A stretch of DNA of 64,000 bases from Oopsacas minuta (GCA_024704765.1 JAKMXF010000077.1:832516-896515); one strand, 5' to 3'. Positions 41,312 to 54,860 are shown, numbered from the stretch's first letter. Numbers and translations: made by a program. The notes: generated by a model from the letters alone, not told the origin.

Positions 41312-43955
41312 CAGGGTGCCTCAAAGATTCTGCGACAAATTTTTACATACATTTTTTATATCAAACCATAATTTACTGCTGATAAATTCATACTATGAAC
41401 AAGGCTATAAAATATATTTAATATGCTGTGATAGTTCAATCCTAGTCTATTGTTATGTCTGGTATCTCAACTACAACAAAAGAGGTCTCCTACTAGGGCG
41501 TTCAATAAGTCTTACGGGTGATATCATAGAATGTGATACAAACACTATACACACTAATTCACTATATTGTTTATTCAAAGTAATCCCCTCCTGCAGATAC
41601 ACAAAGTTTTAACCTTTCCACCCACTTGTAAAGCACATTTCTGTACTCTTCTTCGGGGTTGGATTTGAAGTACTGGTACAGGCCCGTTTCGAGTGCTTGT
41701 AATGTGTTAAAATCTTTGCCTTGAAGGTAGATTTTAAGCTTGAGGAATAGCCAAAAATCACACGGAGCTAGGTCTCATGAGTATGGTGGATGGGGAAGTA
41801 ATTCTAACCCTCCTACATTCAAGAAAATTTTGGTAAGCTTAGCAGTATGGGAACTGGCGTTATCAATTAAATCTTCATTCCTCGAGTTCGGGTTTTCGGG
41901 CGGTACTTTTCTATATTTTTTATCAAATTTGGAAGCACTTGCTCTGTAAAGAAAGTTGCAATAACACCTTTGCCACTCTCACAAGGTAATTGCAAGACAA
42001 TTCCATGACTACTGAAGAAGATGGTATACATAATCTTAGGTTTTCTGAAGTCGGACCGAGGAATTTTCGCCGGTTGTTCATCGCGCCTCACCCATGATCG
42101 CTTCTTATACTTGCTATAGGGTGTTGAATTGTACACCCACGTCCCGTCACCAGTAATAATCTCTGTTAGGCGTCTAGAATCGCAGTTCTCATAAGTTTCC
42201 AAGAGTTTCTTGGCAATATTCAGTCGTACCAACCTTTGATTCTCACTGAGCTTATGCGGGACCCATTTCCCACAAATCGATCGGTAGCCAAGCTCAGTCG
42301 TCAGAATTGTATGAATAGCTCCCGATAAAATTTCCATACTTTGTTCTAACTGATTAACAATAATGCACTTGTCTTCCATAACCATACTTTCAATAAGTGC
42401 GATATACTCTGAAGTGGTGGCGGATACCGGTCTTCCAGACCGAGGCAAATCTATGACATCAGCATCACCAGATCTAAAATGGGAAGCCCCATCGCTCTAC
42501 AGTAGATCTGGAAGGGCAATCCACGCACAATATCTCCTGTAACTCGCTGAAGATCTGTACGGACTGGATCTTGAGTATTGGGCGAAACTCTATGTAAGCT
42601 CGTCATTTGAGGTTGAAATTATCATCCTTTGAAGCCATAAATTCAACAGTGGGTATAAATTGACTATACGTAACTATCTCAAAAATTCATAATTTGTATT
42701 GAATAAGCTTGAAACTTTCAGTATATGGAGTTTAACTATATGGGCTTATAAAATCTGAAAGTTAGATATATTACTTGACTAATTCCTAAGATATATAATG
42801 ATCCACAATGCTTATCGAACGCCCTGATATTATTATTTTATTTCTAAATGGTAAGAAGCAGAATCAAATTCCAAAAGCCCTTGGTTCACAGAAATTTCAC
42901 CATCGTTGATATCCTGCACGAAAAACGATATATTGAGGCAGGCGATATCGTAGATAAGCAACGATCAGGTCGGCCAAGAACAATTCGGACTCGTGCTAGA
43001 AAAAGGTTCGTCATAATTTAACTCTTTGGCCCACGACGTCCTACCGAAAAGTCGTCCCAAAGGTCGGTATAGATAAGGAATCTACTCGACGGATAATCAA
43101 GAAAGACTTAAGTATTAAATGTTTCAAACAAAGTTGAGTAGAGTTTCTTAATGTCCAGGTAATTGAAAAGAGAATCCGAAGATGTTGTAGACTGCTGGAT
43201 CGACTCAAAATGTCAACAGTGATTCAATTTATTTCGGATGAGAGGATCTTCTGTATTGAGGAGAAGTGGAACTCTCAAAATTCGCGGGTTTGTTCCTTAA
43301 CCGGTAATGACTTCCCAGAAAACTTAAGAAGTGTCCAGAAATCACACCCCAAAAGTATTATGTTTTGGGCGAGAATTTCAATTTTGGGAAAACTCCGTTA
43401 GGATTCATACTCGAAGGTACAAAATTAATGCTCGGGTATACAAAGATCTTAACTGGAGAAACATGTCTTAGCAATTGGTTTGACCTTCATGAACACAAGG
43501 CATGGCTATTTCAACATGGTGCACCGGCTCATACCGCTTAAATATCTCATCATTGGTTGTCAAGTAAGATCTCAGGGTTTTTGAACCGTGACAAATGCAC
43601 CCCCCCTTCAAGTCCTGACCTAAACCCTTGTGATTATTATTTGTGGGGAAGACTAGAGACACTAGTAAACAATAGATCCCACAACAGTATTCCAGCACTA
43701 AAACGAGCGTTAAAGGAAGCTTGCTGTGTAATAGATCAGGATGAGGTCACTCGGGTCTGCAAATTATTCTCGTCCAGATTTAAAGATTGCCTGAAGGCTG
43801 GAGGGAATAGATTTGAAAACAAAAGAGCCAAAATATTTTCGAATATGATAGTGAGACATAATAGCATTTTCGTAACAAAATATTTGTCTGGTTATATGCT
43901 TTACATGCACAAGAATTACATTTAAATTTGTTGCAGAACTTTTTGAGGCACCCTG
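41312..43955 (+). mobile_element. maT-like (DD37D-type) element carrying the nested mariner
   Basis: TIRs cagggtgcctcaaaga / cagggtgcctcaaaaa, TA on both flanks. Motifs FISDE, NSQN.RV, GAPAH, SPDLNPCDYYLWG (43210-43925). Confidence 0.85.
41493..42827 (-). mobile_element. mariner (DD34D) element, 1335 bp, defective; copy 2, nearly identical to 12345-13679
   Basis: Identical 193-aa and 69-aa ORF translations in the ORF track. TA at 41491-41492 and 42828-42829. Confidence 0.95.
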
Positions 43956-45240
43956 TATGTCCTATTCCCTGATGAAATTCACAGGTAACAACATCATCGT
44001 CCATTTATGCACCATTCAATAATAGTGAGCAAAAGCAATGATGCTTTAATTTGAATCAATATAATTGACAAATTCGAATGTATATCCCATTCAACAGCCC
44101 TAAACTCAATTTCTAGAAACAAGGAGTATTCTTGGCATCTGAAAAATGGGTACATCTTACCAGAGTGGGCAACTTTAACATAGGTTAAACACAGCACTGG
44201 GGGTAAGAATAATCTTTTAGGTCCTCCGGTTGGTTGCAATAATTATTTAGGATTTCCATATTATAACACTTAAATCAGAAACTATTCTAAATGTACTGTT
44301 TTGGCAGCTAGGGAAGAGAAAAGGAGAACGATTAATAAAAACTCAAATGGCCAAACTCAAAACAAACCTTGACTTGGCAAGTCAAGACCTTTCATCTATG
44401 AATTAAGTTTATCCCGACAATTGGTAGGTATCAATTTCGTTTATCAGAAAATACTTTCACCCATATAGCGATCTTTTTCGTGCACAAGAAGTTTTCTGCG
44501 GCATTTCTAACTAACAAAATAGGTTGTATTTTCAAATTAGAGCAACCGGACGCGTTTACCATGGTGTAGCCCCTGCACGAGACTTTGCCAGGGGGACATC
44601 TCTGTCTATGCACCCCATAGCGGCGTCCCAGCCAGTTACCCATCCACCCAATATTTTTTATCAGTTTGCGGAGAGGTTAGAACCTGGGAGCGAGCATGTT
44701 TGTATACATTTTTCCTCTTACTACTGGTTGATTCTTCCCATATCCTATCTATCATATAAACGCTGTTAATCTATTGAATGTATATACATGTTTCGTTGAT
44801 TTGTCCACTCTTCGAATTTACAAAATCGACAAACAAACTAATATATTCAAGTAAAACTTCGATTTTGCGAATTCAACACATATTATTTGTTAACATCTAT
44901 GACCAATATAACGCGCAACCAAACATCAAAGTGTAAATATAAGTTATCCTACAACAAAATTTGGGTCATCAATTGGACAATATTCTTCATATTAGTAGGG
45001 TGCCATACGTAACTATTTACTAAAAGCATCGAATTGTTCTCTGTATAAAATTTAGTTTGTCGCTAAATTTCAGGAATATAACTTAACATTATCGTTGTAA
45101 GTGAAATCCTACCATAATTTGAGGATCGCATGTATGTCTATTTGGAAAATCAACATTGGTTATTCTCCTTGTAAGAATTCCATAAAGAGAACCTGCGTCT
45201 TTGTAATTTGTATTTGATCCTGGTTAGGGTATTTTATAGG

Positions 45241-47935
45241 CAGGGTTCTATCTACTGGGGGGGTGGGGGGAAGCTTCCTCTCCAAACTCCTCAACTTCCC
45301 CCCCAAAAATCTCATAAAATGGACTATTAATCGCAATATATTATTCAATGGATAAATTATTAGAATATCAATTCATTGTGAAAATACTATTTGAAGTCTA
45401 AATAAATAATATGTGGGAAACCTGAATGACTTTTCATACTATTTGCAACTGCGAAATAATAATATATGTTGGAAAGTACAGCTTCCCACTATCCAGCCGC
45501 CTATATATTAGTGATGTACGAATTCTTGAGGTATAATATAGCGGAAAAAATTCTTTTTGTTAACTTCACATAGGTAATAATTGATTAACCCAGTGTTACC
45601 ACATGGATAAATTTGTTATCATTCGAGGAACTAAAAGAAATATTTCGGATTGCAACAATATATCTGAGTCTGAACCACAACCACCAGAGGAAGATGCGAT
45701 TGTTTCTACTCCATGCGCTTCTAAAACAGCCAAATAAATGCGAGCCTACAAGGACAACTTAGTTTATAATCCTACTTGGAAGAATGAATATACGTGGATG
45801 GACTACGATTCATCCCAAAATGGTATGGTGTGTATGATTTGTAAGGTCCATGGTAAACCACCGGTACAAGCGAGAGGTACATGGGTGACAAAACCTATAA
45901 ACAATTGGGTGAAGGCGAAAAGTTTACTAATACAACATGAGAAATCTGATTGGCACGCAGCAGCTATCGAAAGAATGGTTATGTCTCAATCAACAGAGGA
46001 ACATGTTAATGTAATGGAACAATTGGAAGCAGCCACTGCGGAGGAGAAGAAACAGAACCGTGACATTATGAAAAAGCTTATTCGATCCTTATATTTCTTG
46101 GTTAAGCATCATATCCACCATACAACTACATTTGAAAACCTCATTACTTTACAAATTGAGAATGGGGACATCATACAGAAATCTCACAGAGAGAAGTGTC
46201 CACACAATGCGACATATGAATCATGTACCACAATAGTGGAACTTCTCTCAAGTATTAGCAATGTACTCGAGAAGAGGATCATCACCAGTCTCAGTGCTAG
46301 CCCATATTATTCATTAATGGCTGATGAAAGTACGGATGTAGCATCACAAGAAGAGTTGTTAGTATGTGCACGTTGGATAGAAGATAATAAATCAGTAGAA
46401 CATTTTCTTGGAATTTTGCATGCGAAGGAGAAAAATGCTCAAGCGATCGCTTGTTACCCTCGAACTTTTCTTCATTCCAAAAACATTTGTTTTGATAAGA
46501 TGCGTGGACTTGGTTTTGATGGTACAAAAACTATGTCGGGTCACAGAAGTGGTGTTCAAATACGGCTAAGATTACATGCACCAAGCTTTATCTATGTGCA
46601 CTGTCGCTGCCATAAGCTTCAACTTGCTGCATTAAATGCTGCATCAGAACATACAGTACTGAAGAGAGTTTTGGTTACACTATTAACAATCTGGAAGGCT
46701 TTTCATTTTTCTCCCAAAAAAGCTGAGAAACTTGGTGAGATTCAAGCTGAACTCAGGCTCCTGAAATCAAAATGCAGAAGCCTAGTGATACTCGCTGGTT
46801 AGCCCGTGAGAGAGCTGTGTCTGTTGTGCAACGGAGTTTACCAGCTTTGGTCAGTACATTTGAAGAGATATACGCAGAAACTGGGGATGCAGAATCACAT
46901 GGAATTGTAACTCTCTTATTGAAGTACAAGACTGTCGCATGTATCTACATGCTATCAGATGTTCTTCATATCGTAGCGAAATTGCAAGGAAGTCTATAAG
47001 CCAAGGATATTGATCTTGCGAGTGTGCCATCGATGGTTGCTAGTACTACTAAACGGCTGTTGGAGCTCAAAGAAGATGTAACAAGCAGCATATGGTTCAA
47101 GGAACATTCTTTGGTTTTTACTGATGATGCTTAATTAGGAGAGAAACACATCGTGGTATTGGAAGAAGAGAAGAGTGAATTTCTTCACAAGGTGTATCGA
47201 CCATACCTCCAAAGTGTCATAGATCACATTAATGTCCGGATGGAGTCTACTGAACTCATTTCAGCCATGTCTGTTTTTGACCCTCGCCATCTTCCTGGTA
47301 CAGAAGAAGAATTATCAGAGTACGGAATAGAACATATTAAGACACTCACGGATTTTTATAGTGTGAACAAAGGATCAATGTAGGAGGAGATGAAGGTATA
47401 TCACAGCCTGACATCGAAGCTAAAGAAACTGAGTCAGAGTGGAAATTGTTTAGACGCTTAATTTTCCTACAGTAAAAGGTAGGTCCTTACAATTTGTACT
47501 CTCAAGACTGCTGGGGAACGGAGAGATATATGCTGCATTTCCAAACTTGGCAAAGATAGCCGCTATTTTGGAAGTATTACCAGTGACAACAGCCACAGTC
47601 GAAAGGAGTTTCAGCAATATGAAATTAATAAAAACGAGACTTCGCAGCCGAATGAGTGAAGAGACACTTGATTATTGTATGCGCATATGTATTGAAGGTC
47701 CTGATCACCTATCTGATGAAAATTTAGTGGCAGTATTGGAGCATTATAAAGGAATGAAAATTTGAAAAATCAATTTGTGAGCGACCCTTTCATGTTTTAC
47801 TAACGATAGAAATCTTCATTATTAAGAATTAGATTAGATGTTTGGTGTTTACTTCAAGGTTGTAATATTTTGATAATTGTGTACTAAGCATTTCAAAGTT
47901 TCCCCCCCAAATTTAAAATCCTAGATAGAACCCTG
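45241..47935 (+). mobile_element. hAT transposon (ZNF862-like transposase from ATG at 45603), with stops and frameshifts; 5-bp TSD
   Basis: Perfect 14-bp TIR CAGGGTTCTATCTA with ATAGG on both flanks. Motifs SLMADESTD, GFDG, HCRCHKLQL, DTRWL, LPVTTATVERSFS. Confidence 0.92.
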
Positions 47936-49564
47936 ATAGGCCTATAGATCTGGAAGGATTTGATTTTTGCTGTTATGTTACGCACAGTAGCCTTTATTAC
48001 CATTTAGGAAATCAACAAATAATATATATTGATTTGTAACATGAATATGGTGATTTACAATCACCATTTTGTATGTTTCGATTTTATCACTTAAATATCA
48101 GTTTGGATGATGATTTTCAAAATCGACAAAATATAAATTTTGATCATACTATAAAATAAATTTTTAAAATGGATAGAATAAGCAAAATACCATGTGGCTA
48201 GAGATGGACACTAAGTTAATCCTTTGGATTTTATCACAGTATCACTTTGAATTACATATTTGAAATATATTAGGGGCAACTCAAACATTTCAGTAGTAGA
48301 AATATGAAATTCGAACATCCCTGCGTCACAAAACAATGTCATCTCGTTTTGACATCGATTATATGATACAGAGCATTAACGGAGCGTGGTGTTGGAGCGC
48401 TCCATTTATTGATACAGTAGCGGTCACACATTGATGAAGTCTGTTAGACTTGTAGACGTTAAGTTAATGGGAAAATTTTTCCCAATATAATACTGACGGC
48501 ACCATTTGGCACTGATGGTGACAGCACACTTAATTAATTCACGATAATGGAACAGCAAGTTTCCTGGAAAATTCACATTTGTCATTTGTTGCACATTTGA
48601 CCTTGTTAATCACAGATGTAGGTTAATGTGTGATGACAACTGCCAAGCATTTGTTCTTAACCAGTGGCGGATTCTTTAAAAAATTCTCTGTGGGAAAATT
48701 GAACTTATCAGAGCTATTTTTTGATTTCATTATAGAATACTACACAGTACACATATTAGAATTACAATTCGTTGGGTATATCCAAGCAATTCGATATTTT
48801 CTGATTCTTTATTGCACGTTTATATTCTTGTTTACTAATTAATTTCAGTTATTCTAATATTGAAAACTAGAGAGTCAATTACCCCCCAGGAATCCGCCAT
48901 TGTTCTTAACTTTTGTTGTTATCAATTTTCTGATTTTTATAGAGACAACTATAGATGTCTAGTATTGCCTCCTGAACAACCGTACATCATTCTATTTGCG
49001 ACAATCATTTGGGCCACCTCCGGCTGAAACACTTTGGGCTCCCTGTAGCCAAGAGAAGGAGATCGATAATTATAGAGATGCAAATTTGGCATATTGATGA
49101 CAGTCTACGTCAAATATCAAAACAAATGCTTGGCAGTCATCATGGCAATATTATGTGGCTTACAAAGAATTATGAGTTCGGGGCATTAGAGAACTAGACA
49201 TAATTATTTCCTAAATATGTATAACCTACAGTGCAACAGATAAAGGGTATAAATGTAATTTCAGGTGCCCAGAATTTCGGCCAAAAAATTATATCACCAT
49301 AAATCACTTCTCTGCACAACTGTATTATATACTACTTTACTTGTGTCCGCAGATATTACAGCAGCGACAAATATTTACTTCCAATAGATATAGTAGCATT
49401 AGAAAACGCACAATCATAAGTGACTGGAAAATGAACAGAAATGGTGGTGGAATATATGCCAGACTCAATCACTAGCTCTTCTCTCCCTTTATTCATACTT
49501 TCCTAGAGTAACATACATCATGTATAGGGATTGAGAGGTTAGTAGCTTGGTAGAAATAAAAATA

Positions 49565-50812
49565 CAAGGTGTCAAAGTTCTGTTAAATTGCTAAACCTTT
49601 ATAACTTCTAAAAATGCAAAAGTGAGAATGTTAGTAATTTTCACATTGGGTTAATATAGTAACTATGTTGAGTAAACAGCTATGAGTATTCTATATACCC
49701 ACCTCTATTCTTAACTACAGCCTTGAGTCGTCCCTTAAACTGTTGAATAGAATCTCGCATCTCTTGCTGGGGCATTTTTCCCATTCCCTAATGAGCGCGT
49801 TCCTTAGTGATTTCAAACTCCTATGTAGCTTTGACAGGCCCTTGTTTGTAGTGTGCCCCATGCAGAGAAGTCGAATGGGTTAAGATCTGGGCTGAAGGGT
49901 GGCCATTCTTCCTTCGATATAAAATCAATATTTTATGCCCTAACCAAGATTGAGTGGCTTTTGATGCGTGGGCAGGGGCAGAATCCTTTTGGAACACTTT
50001 GCACCCGCATGTTGAATTTCTGGCTCTAAAATTAACTCTCTCTATGTTTTAGAGTCAGTATTAACTCCTTGGGGTGACAACAATCAGATTTGTCCGGCAA
50101 TTGGCAAACACACCAGCACACACCATCAAACATTGGGGTTTTGCACTCTATCAACAAACCATCCTTCATCACTAATGCTTTTTGATGATGCAATTGGAAT
50201 GCGATCATTTTGGGTGCGACTCCTCAATTCTGACAACTTTTTCATGAGTAAATAGTACCTATTTTCAGCACCCACTAGGAGCCGGGCTAGAATCATTTTC
50301 GATATTTTAAATATTTGCTTTATTAAAACAGGAGTAAGATGGTGTGCTGTACGGAGTTTCAAAGACTTAACCCCTAAGTCATTCCGCACCAATTTTCGAA
50401 TGGTTTCGTAAGTAACTAATAAATGGAAAGCCATTTTTCTGATAGAGCGCCGACGATTTCGAGCAATTCGGGGTGGATACCTTTTTCATGCTGTGGGGTG
50501 GAAACTGATTTTGGGCGGTCTAAACATGACCAGTGTCTTTATACGGCTGATGGTGCGGTAAATTAGTTGGCAATTGACTTTTACCTCCTTTAAGCCACTC
50601 AAAATTCTTTCGTAGACTTACCAGCAGTAAAAAATCCAATAATCTTTGAACTTATTGCCGCCATGGGCTGTAAATTTGAAATTTGTATGAGAGATGATTA
50701 TTTGATTCGAAATATCTATTCAAATGTATTAAAACTGTTTAACATAGTGTGTGATAATAACTGTGCCTAAATTAGGGCATACTTTAAGTAACAGAACTTA
50801 ATTGACACCCTG
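49565..50812 (-). mobile_element. maT-like (DD37D-type) element, highly degenerate
   Basis: TA flanks. TIRs caaggtgtcaaagttctgtta / cagggtgtcaattaagttctgtta. Traces TIRKLVRNDLG, QNDRI, DSAPAH, WPPFSPDLNPFD. Confidence 0.8.
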
Positions 50813-52023
50813 TAGAGAGTTACATAAATCATCTTTAGGTATTGAGAGGTTGGTAGCTTGGGAGAAATAGAATTGGAGACTAACACACACTATCACTATC
50901 GATTGAGAGAATATTAGCTGGGTGTGAAACAGAGAGTAACAAAATAATCTTAAAATATGTAATCACTTTTTAATGCCGATATTCATAATCAGCATTAAAA
51001 TTCAGTTATTCTGGAGGTAACAAGGCCATGTATGAAAAATGATACAGAAATATTTTTCGAAGAAAATATAAAAATTTTCCTATACCACCCCAAGGAGATT
51101 TCTTCCCCTTCAATCGGGCTCCCTATTTTATAGTAGCTCATGTGATTTCGAATGGCACTAGTCTCAGCTTCTGATATTGCCCAATACGATGTTATTCTAT
51201 GGAAAGACAGCCAAATAACTTCGAAAAAGCCGTATGAAACAGTCGCCGACTCGAAAATAATACAAATCCCCGATGCCTCTATATCAATTCATTTTACAAT
51301 TTATTTAGCTCTCTTTGTGCCTATTTTCATACTTGTATCAAAAATGAACCTTATGCCATTCTTATCATTCATAAATCAATAGTACAGTCGAGAGTGATAT
51401 TTCTTACTATTGTTGCAGGAAATTTAATAAGAATAATTCAATGGAAATGTATACATCACATCTGAGCATGAAAAAATATTAGAAAAACCGGTGTAGGAAA
51501 ATCCGTTTTTGATCGTATATGATTTTGCTTTATATAATCAGGGCGACCATCTGTTCATTTTTACAAATGACTGTTTATCTCGTATATTCAAACAAAGATT
51601 ATTCCATGTTCATCTCAAAACCCAATGGTTCATGGTTATTGTAGGGTTTATGGACTGTGTTCATCATCTGGCGCTATAAAAATTGCACTTTTTACATGAT
51701 CAAAAGCCAGCAAAAAATCTGCTAACAAAATTACCAAAATCCCAATAATTTTGTATCACTATGTAATATATAGTATTATCGAGAACAAGCACTTCAAGGA
51801 GCAAAAAATCTCAAGCGGAAATAGACCAGATTTCTACTGTAGTAAATTCATTTTGCTGGTGAATAGTGCTGGATGAACCCTTGTACCTGACCGTCAGTAG
51901 TCTGGGTTCCTTATTCATTTTCGTTAGTGGAATTGGCCTACGTGTTTTTCGGTTAGCTTTAAGAATATTTACCCTTTAATCATTTCGCTCTTTCAATATT
52001 TCGATGTTTTAGTCTTTCTTTGG

Positions 52024-53997
52024 ATGAATCTATACTCTACCATAAAGTTTACGACAAATTACAAATCTTCGCGAATATTTGGCATCCCTAATCTTTATGA
52101 TAGTTTACTTATTTTTACTCATGGTTCAACTACTCCAGATCCACTTCATGATATACTTCACTTCTCTCCACTAAATTCTTATTATTTCAGACCCTATCAG
52201 GTACAGAGTATGATAGAATTGTTCCACTCTATTTTTTTGGAATTACACGCCGCTTTACCTGGCTCAAGTGATCCTTCAAAACATTCTACGGCAGATTCAG
52301 ATTTTTCCTTATTAAATTTTAGTCTACGATACAGAGCTGTTATTCAGAAGGATTTTGGAAATATTTACAGTTCTTTCGATTCCTCATATGACCCTGTATC
52401 AGTTCAACATTTGATTTGGCACTTATCTGAAATACTATATTTAGCACCTACTGAGCATTGCAAAACTAACAAATTATTATCTCTGAAGTTAGCTAATTGG
52501 ATCCAAATTCACGGAAAGCATTCTTGCAAATTTATAGATTCTTGTGATAATTCTAATATTCACCTTTCTGATATTTTGACTGAAATGTGTATATTAATTC
52601 TTCAAGGAAGAATTCATGACTGTGTAAACTTACTCATTCTTGTGCTCGCTGAGAGGGAGGGCTGGCCTACTCTTGTGGATAAACAACTGGATTCAATCCA
52701 ATGTTTTGTTGATTTACTTCATACTTGGCCTTTTCAATTCAATAACGATTCTGAAAACGATCTCTTTAATAAGTGGATATCATGGAAAGATTGTTGCAGG
52801 GATGCTATTGATAATGGCCGTCTACAATCTATTTTTGAAATAGAACAGTTAGCAAAATTGATGAGCGGAAATAGAGATACATTTGAACATATTCCTCTTT
52901 CTTCTTGCCCTCGATGGATAGACATGTTGGTTGGTTTGTTGTTATATTGCCATCCATTCGGAGAAGCATTTAGTACAGAATTAATGGAACTAGTTCGCTA
53001 TGCATACATATCTTTTAACGCTTCGGATGAAATCGATAAGATTTTGCTTAATCTGTTCACTAGCTCGCTATTGGACTTTTTCCAGTTATTATGCAAAATT
53101 GAACCGAGTTGGTGTCTAGCTGCTCATTTAGCTGATTTATTTACTCTAGCTGGCTATCAAGACATTAATTCTCGATTCTATCCCAAATGTGAAAGTAGCG
53201 AAGAGGATGAACTTAGATTAAACGAACATATTATGCTTGGGTACGCATCATCTCTAATGAATAATCCCTTATTTTGGACATCAGGAGCTGACTATTTAAT
53301 ATATGCTTGTCCATCTTTAGGACATACTACGCTGACAACTTATCTTGAACGAATTGGAGCTGGGTCTAATTCTGAAACATCAACTAAAGTAGTAGCTATA
53401 TGTGAGAAATATAATATCAAGAATACTTTATCTATTGTATCCAAAATACAAACTAGGGTGTCTTTGAGACTAGGGGATATACCTCAGGCAATAAATTGGA
53501 GCTTATTAGTAGATGATGACAAATTCAGTAAATATTTAGTACGTAAATATTTATTTCATTATATGATGGAAGGATGTATGCAATATTTATTTGATATACG
53601 CAAATTTAGTTCAAGAATATTCTTTGGTGAAGATTTTGCTTTTCTATTGAAATATTCAGAATTTCATTTTCTATATTCTACTGGAGATGTCTGTAACTCT
53701 GCAAAGCTATTAGCAAGTATTATTCGTTCTGAGGTTGCGCCTAGAGGTTTTTGGATACCGCTCTTTTTCGACATGCTACCTCTACTGGAATTGGAAGAAT
53801 GTCTCTTTTCAGAAGATGATACTTATGAAATGATGAGAGTGCTCCAAGAAGTTTCGTTATCCTACGCGAATAATACTTTCAATATACCTGGTATACATCA
53901 GGAACGAAAGACTGGAATAATTATTAATAACAAATTCAATATTTTGCGATTGGCACTTACTAGAAGTCTCTCAAAACCTTTGATATCAGATATATAA
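52024..53997 (+). CDS. NUP85: Nuclear pore complex protein Nup85 (Nup75), 657 aa, single ORF
   Basis: Motifs IWHLSEIL, ILQGRI, WCLAAHLADL, YASSLM...W..GADYL..CP, FLLKYSEFH, APRGFWIPLFFDMLPLL, TYEMMRVL and LRLALTR. Length is comparable to animal Nup85 (about 650 aa). Confidence 0.9.
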   Translation: MNLYSTIKFTTNYKSSRIFGIPNLYDSLLIFTHGSTTPDPLHDILHFSPLNSYYFRPYQVQSMIELFHSIFLELHAALPGSSDPSKHSTADSDFSLLNFSLRYRAVIQKDFGNIYSSFDSSYDPVSVQHLIWHLSEILYLAPTEHCKTNKLLSLKLANWIQIHGKHSCKFIDSCDNSNIHLSDILTEMCILILQGRIHDCVNLLILVLAEREGWPTLVDKQLDSIQCFVDLLHTWPFQFNNDSENDLFNKWISWKDCCRDAIDNGRLQSIFEIEQLAKLMSGNRDTFEHIPLSSCPRWIDMLVGLLLYCHPFGEAFSTELMELVRYAYISFNASDEIDKILLNLFTSSLLDFFQLLCKIEPSWCLAAHLADLFTLAGYQDINSRFYPKCESSEEDELRLNEHIMLGYASSLMNNPLFWTSGADYLIYACPSLGHTTLTTYLERIGAGSNSETSTKVVAICEKYNIKNTLSIVSKIQTRVSLRLGDIPQAINWSLLVDDDKFSKYLVRKYLFHYMMEGCMQYLFDIRKFSSRIFFGEDFAFLLKYSEFHFLYSTGDVCNSAKLLASIIRSEVAPRGFWIPLFFDMLPLLELEECLFSEDDTYEMMRVLQEVSLSYANNTFNIPGIHQERKTGIIINNKFNILRLALTRSLSKPLISDI

Positions 53998-54154
53998 ATA
54001 GTTTACTTTTAAATATACTTTCGTTTTATTATGGATTCCAAGTGAAATACCTTAGTCAGTGGGATACGTTTTAGTTACTTTATTTTATCCATTTGGAACG
54101 TAAGTACAGTGTATTACTCAGGGTACAAAAATAGATTTGCTTAGGATTACAATA

Positions 54155-54860
54155 CAATAGAACCTGTATAAGTGGGGAAGTCGAGACGGCGAATCTACTG
54201 ACAAGTCCCCCATTCCCCATTTATAATTCAAATGCAGATGTCCTTTAACCAAGGTTTTTTGAGTCAATATGATAGCCACTTCCACAACTACTGTTTTTTC
54301 AATAATATTGGAAGATTATAACATGCTTTGATGTTGTGATTAGATAAATAATTTCGCTACAAAATTTCTTAGAAAACCAATAAATTTCAATCCATCATTG
54401 CGATAAATACGTCAATTTTCTAAAATTATCACATACAGTATTCCCTCGAATAATCGCCCTTCTGATGCTCCTAAAATATATTCAATACTTAAAGTGAATC
54501 GTCATATCCCCTTTATTTTGGTCAATACACTGTTTGTTAGGATAAATACACAAATTGCAAGCACATAGGTATGATAGTATCGATATTATCGTGTTTAGAA
54601 AAATAAAATCTTGCCTCTTAGGGGGCTTGAGATTCGTCCGGTATATTCGAGGTATTATGGCAAATTGATTATTCAAAGAAAATTTATCGTAGAATTCCAC
54701 TTATAGAGGTAAATGTATAAAGTGTATAATTATCTCTACAGTATGCCCCATCCCCCGTTTATTGAGGTTCGTTTCTATAGAAATGAATGAAGGTGGACAA
54801 AAATTGTCCCGTTTATAGAGGTTCCCATTTATATAGACTCAGCTTATATAGGTTGCACTA
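54155..54860. mobile_element. Probable pogo-like MITE or deletion derivative
   Basis: Imperfect TIR caatagaacctgtataag / tagtgcaacctatataag, with cccgtttat repeats near the right end. Confidence 0.45.
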
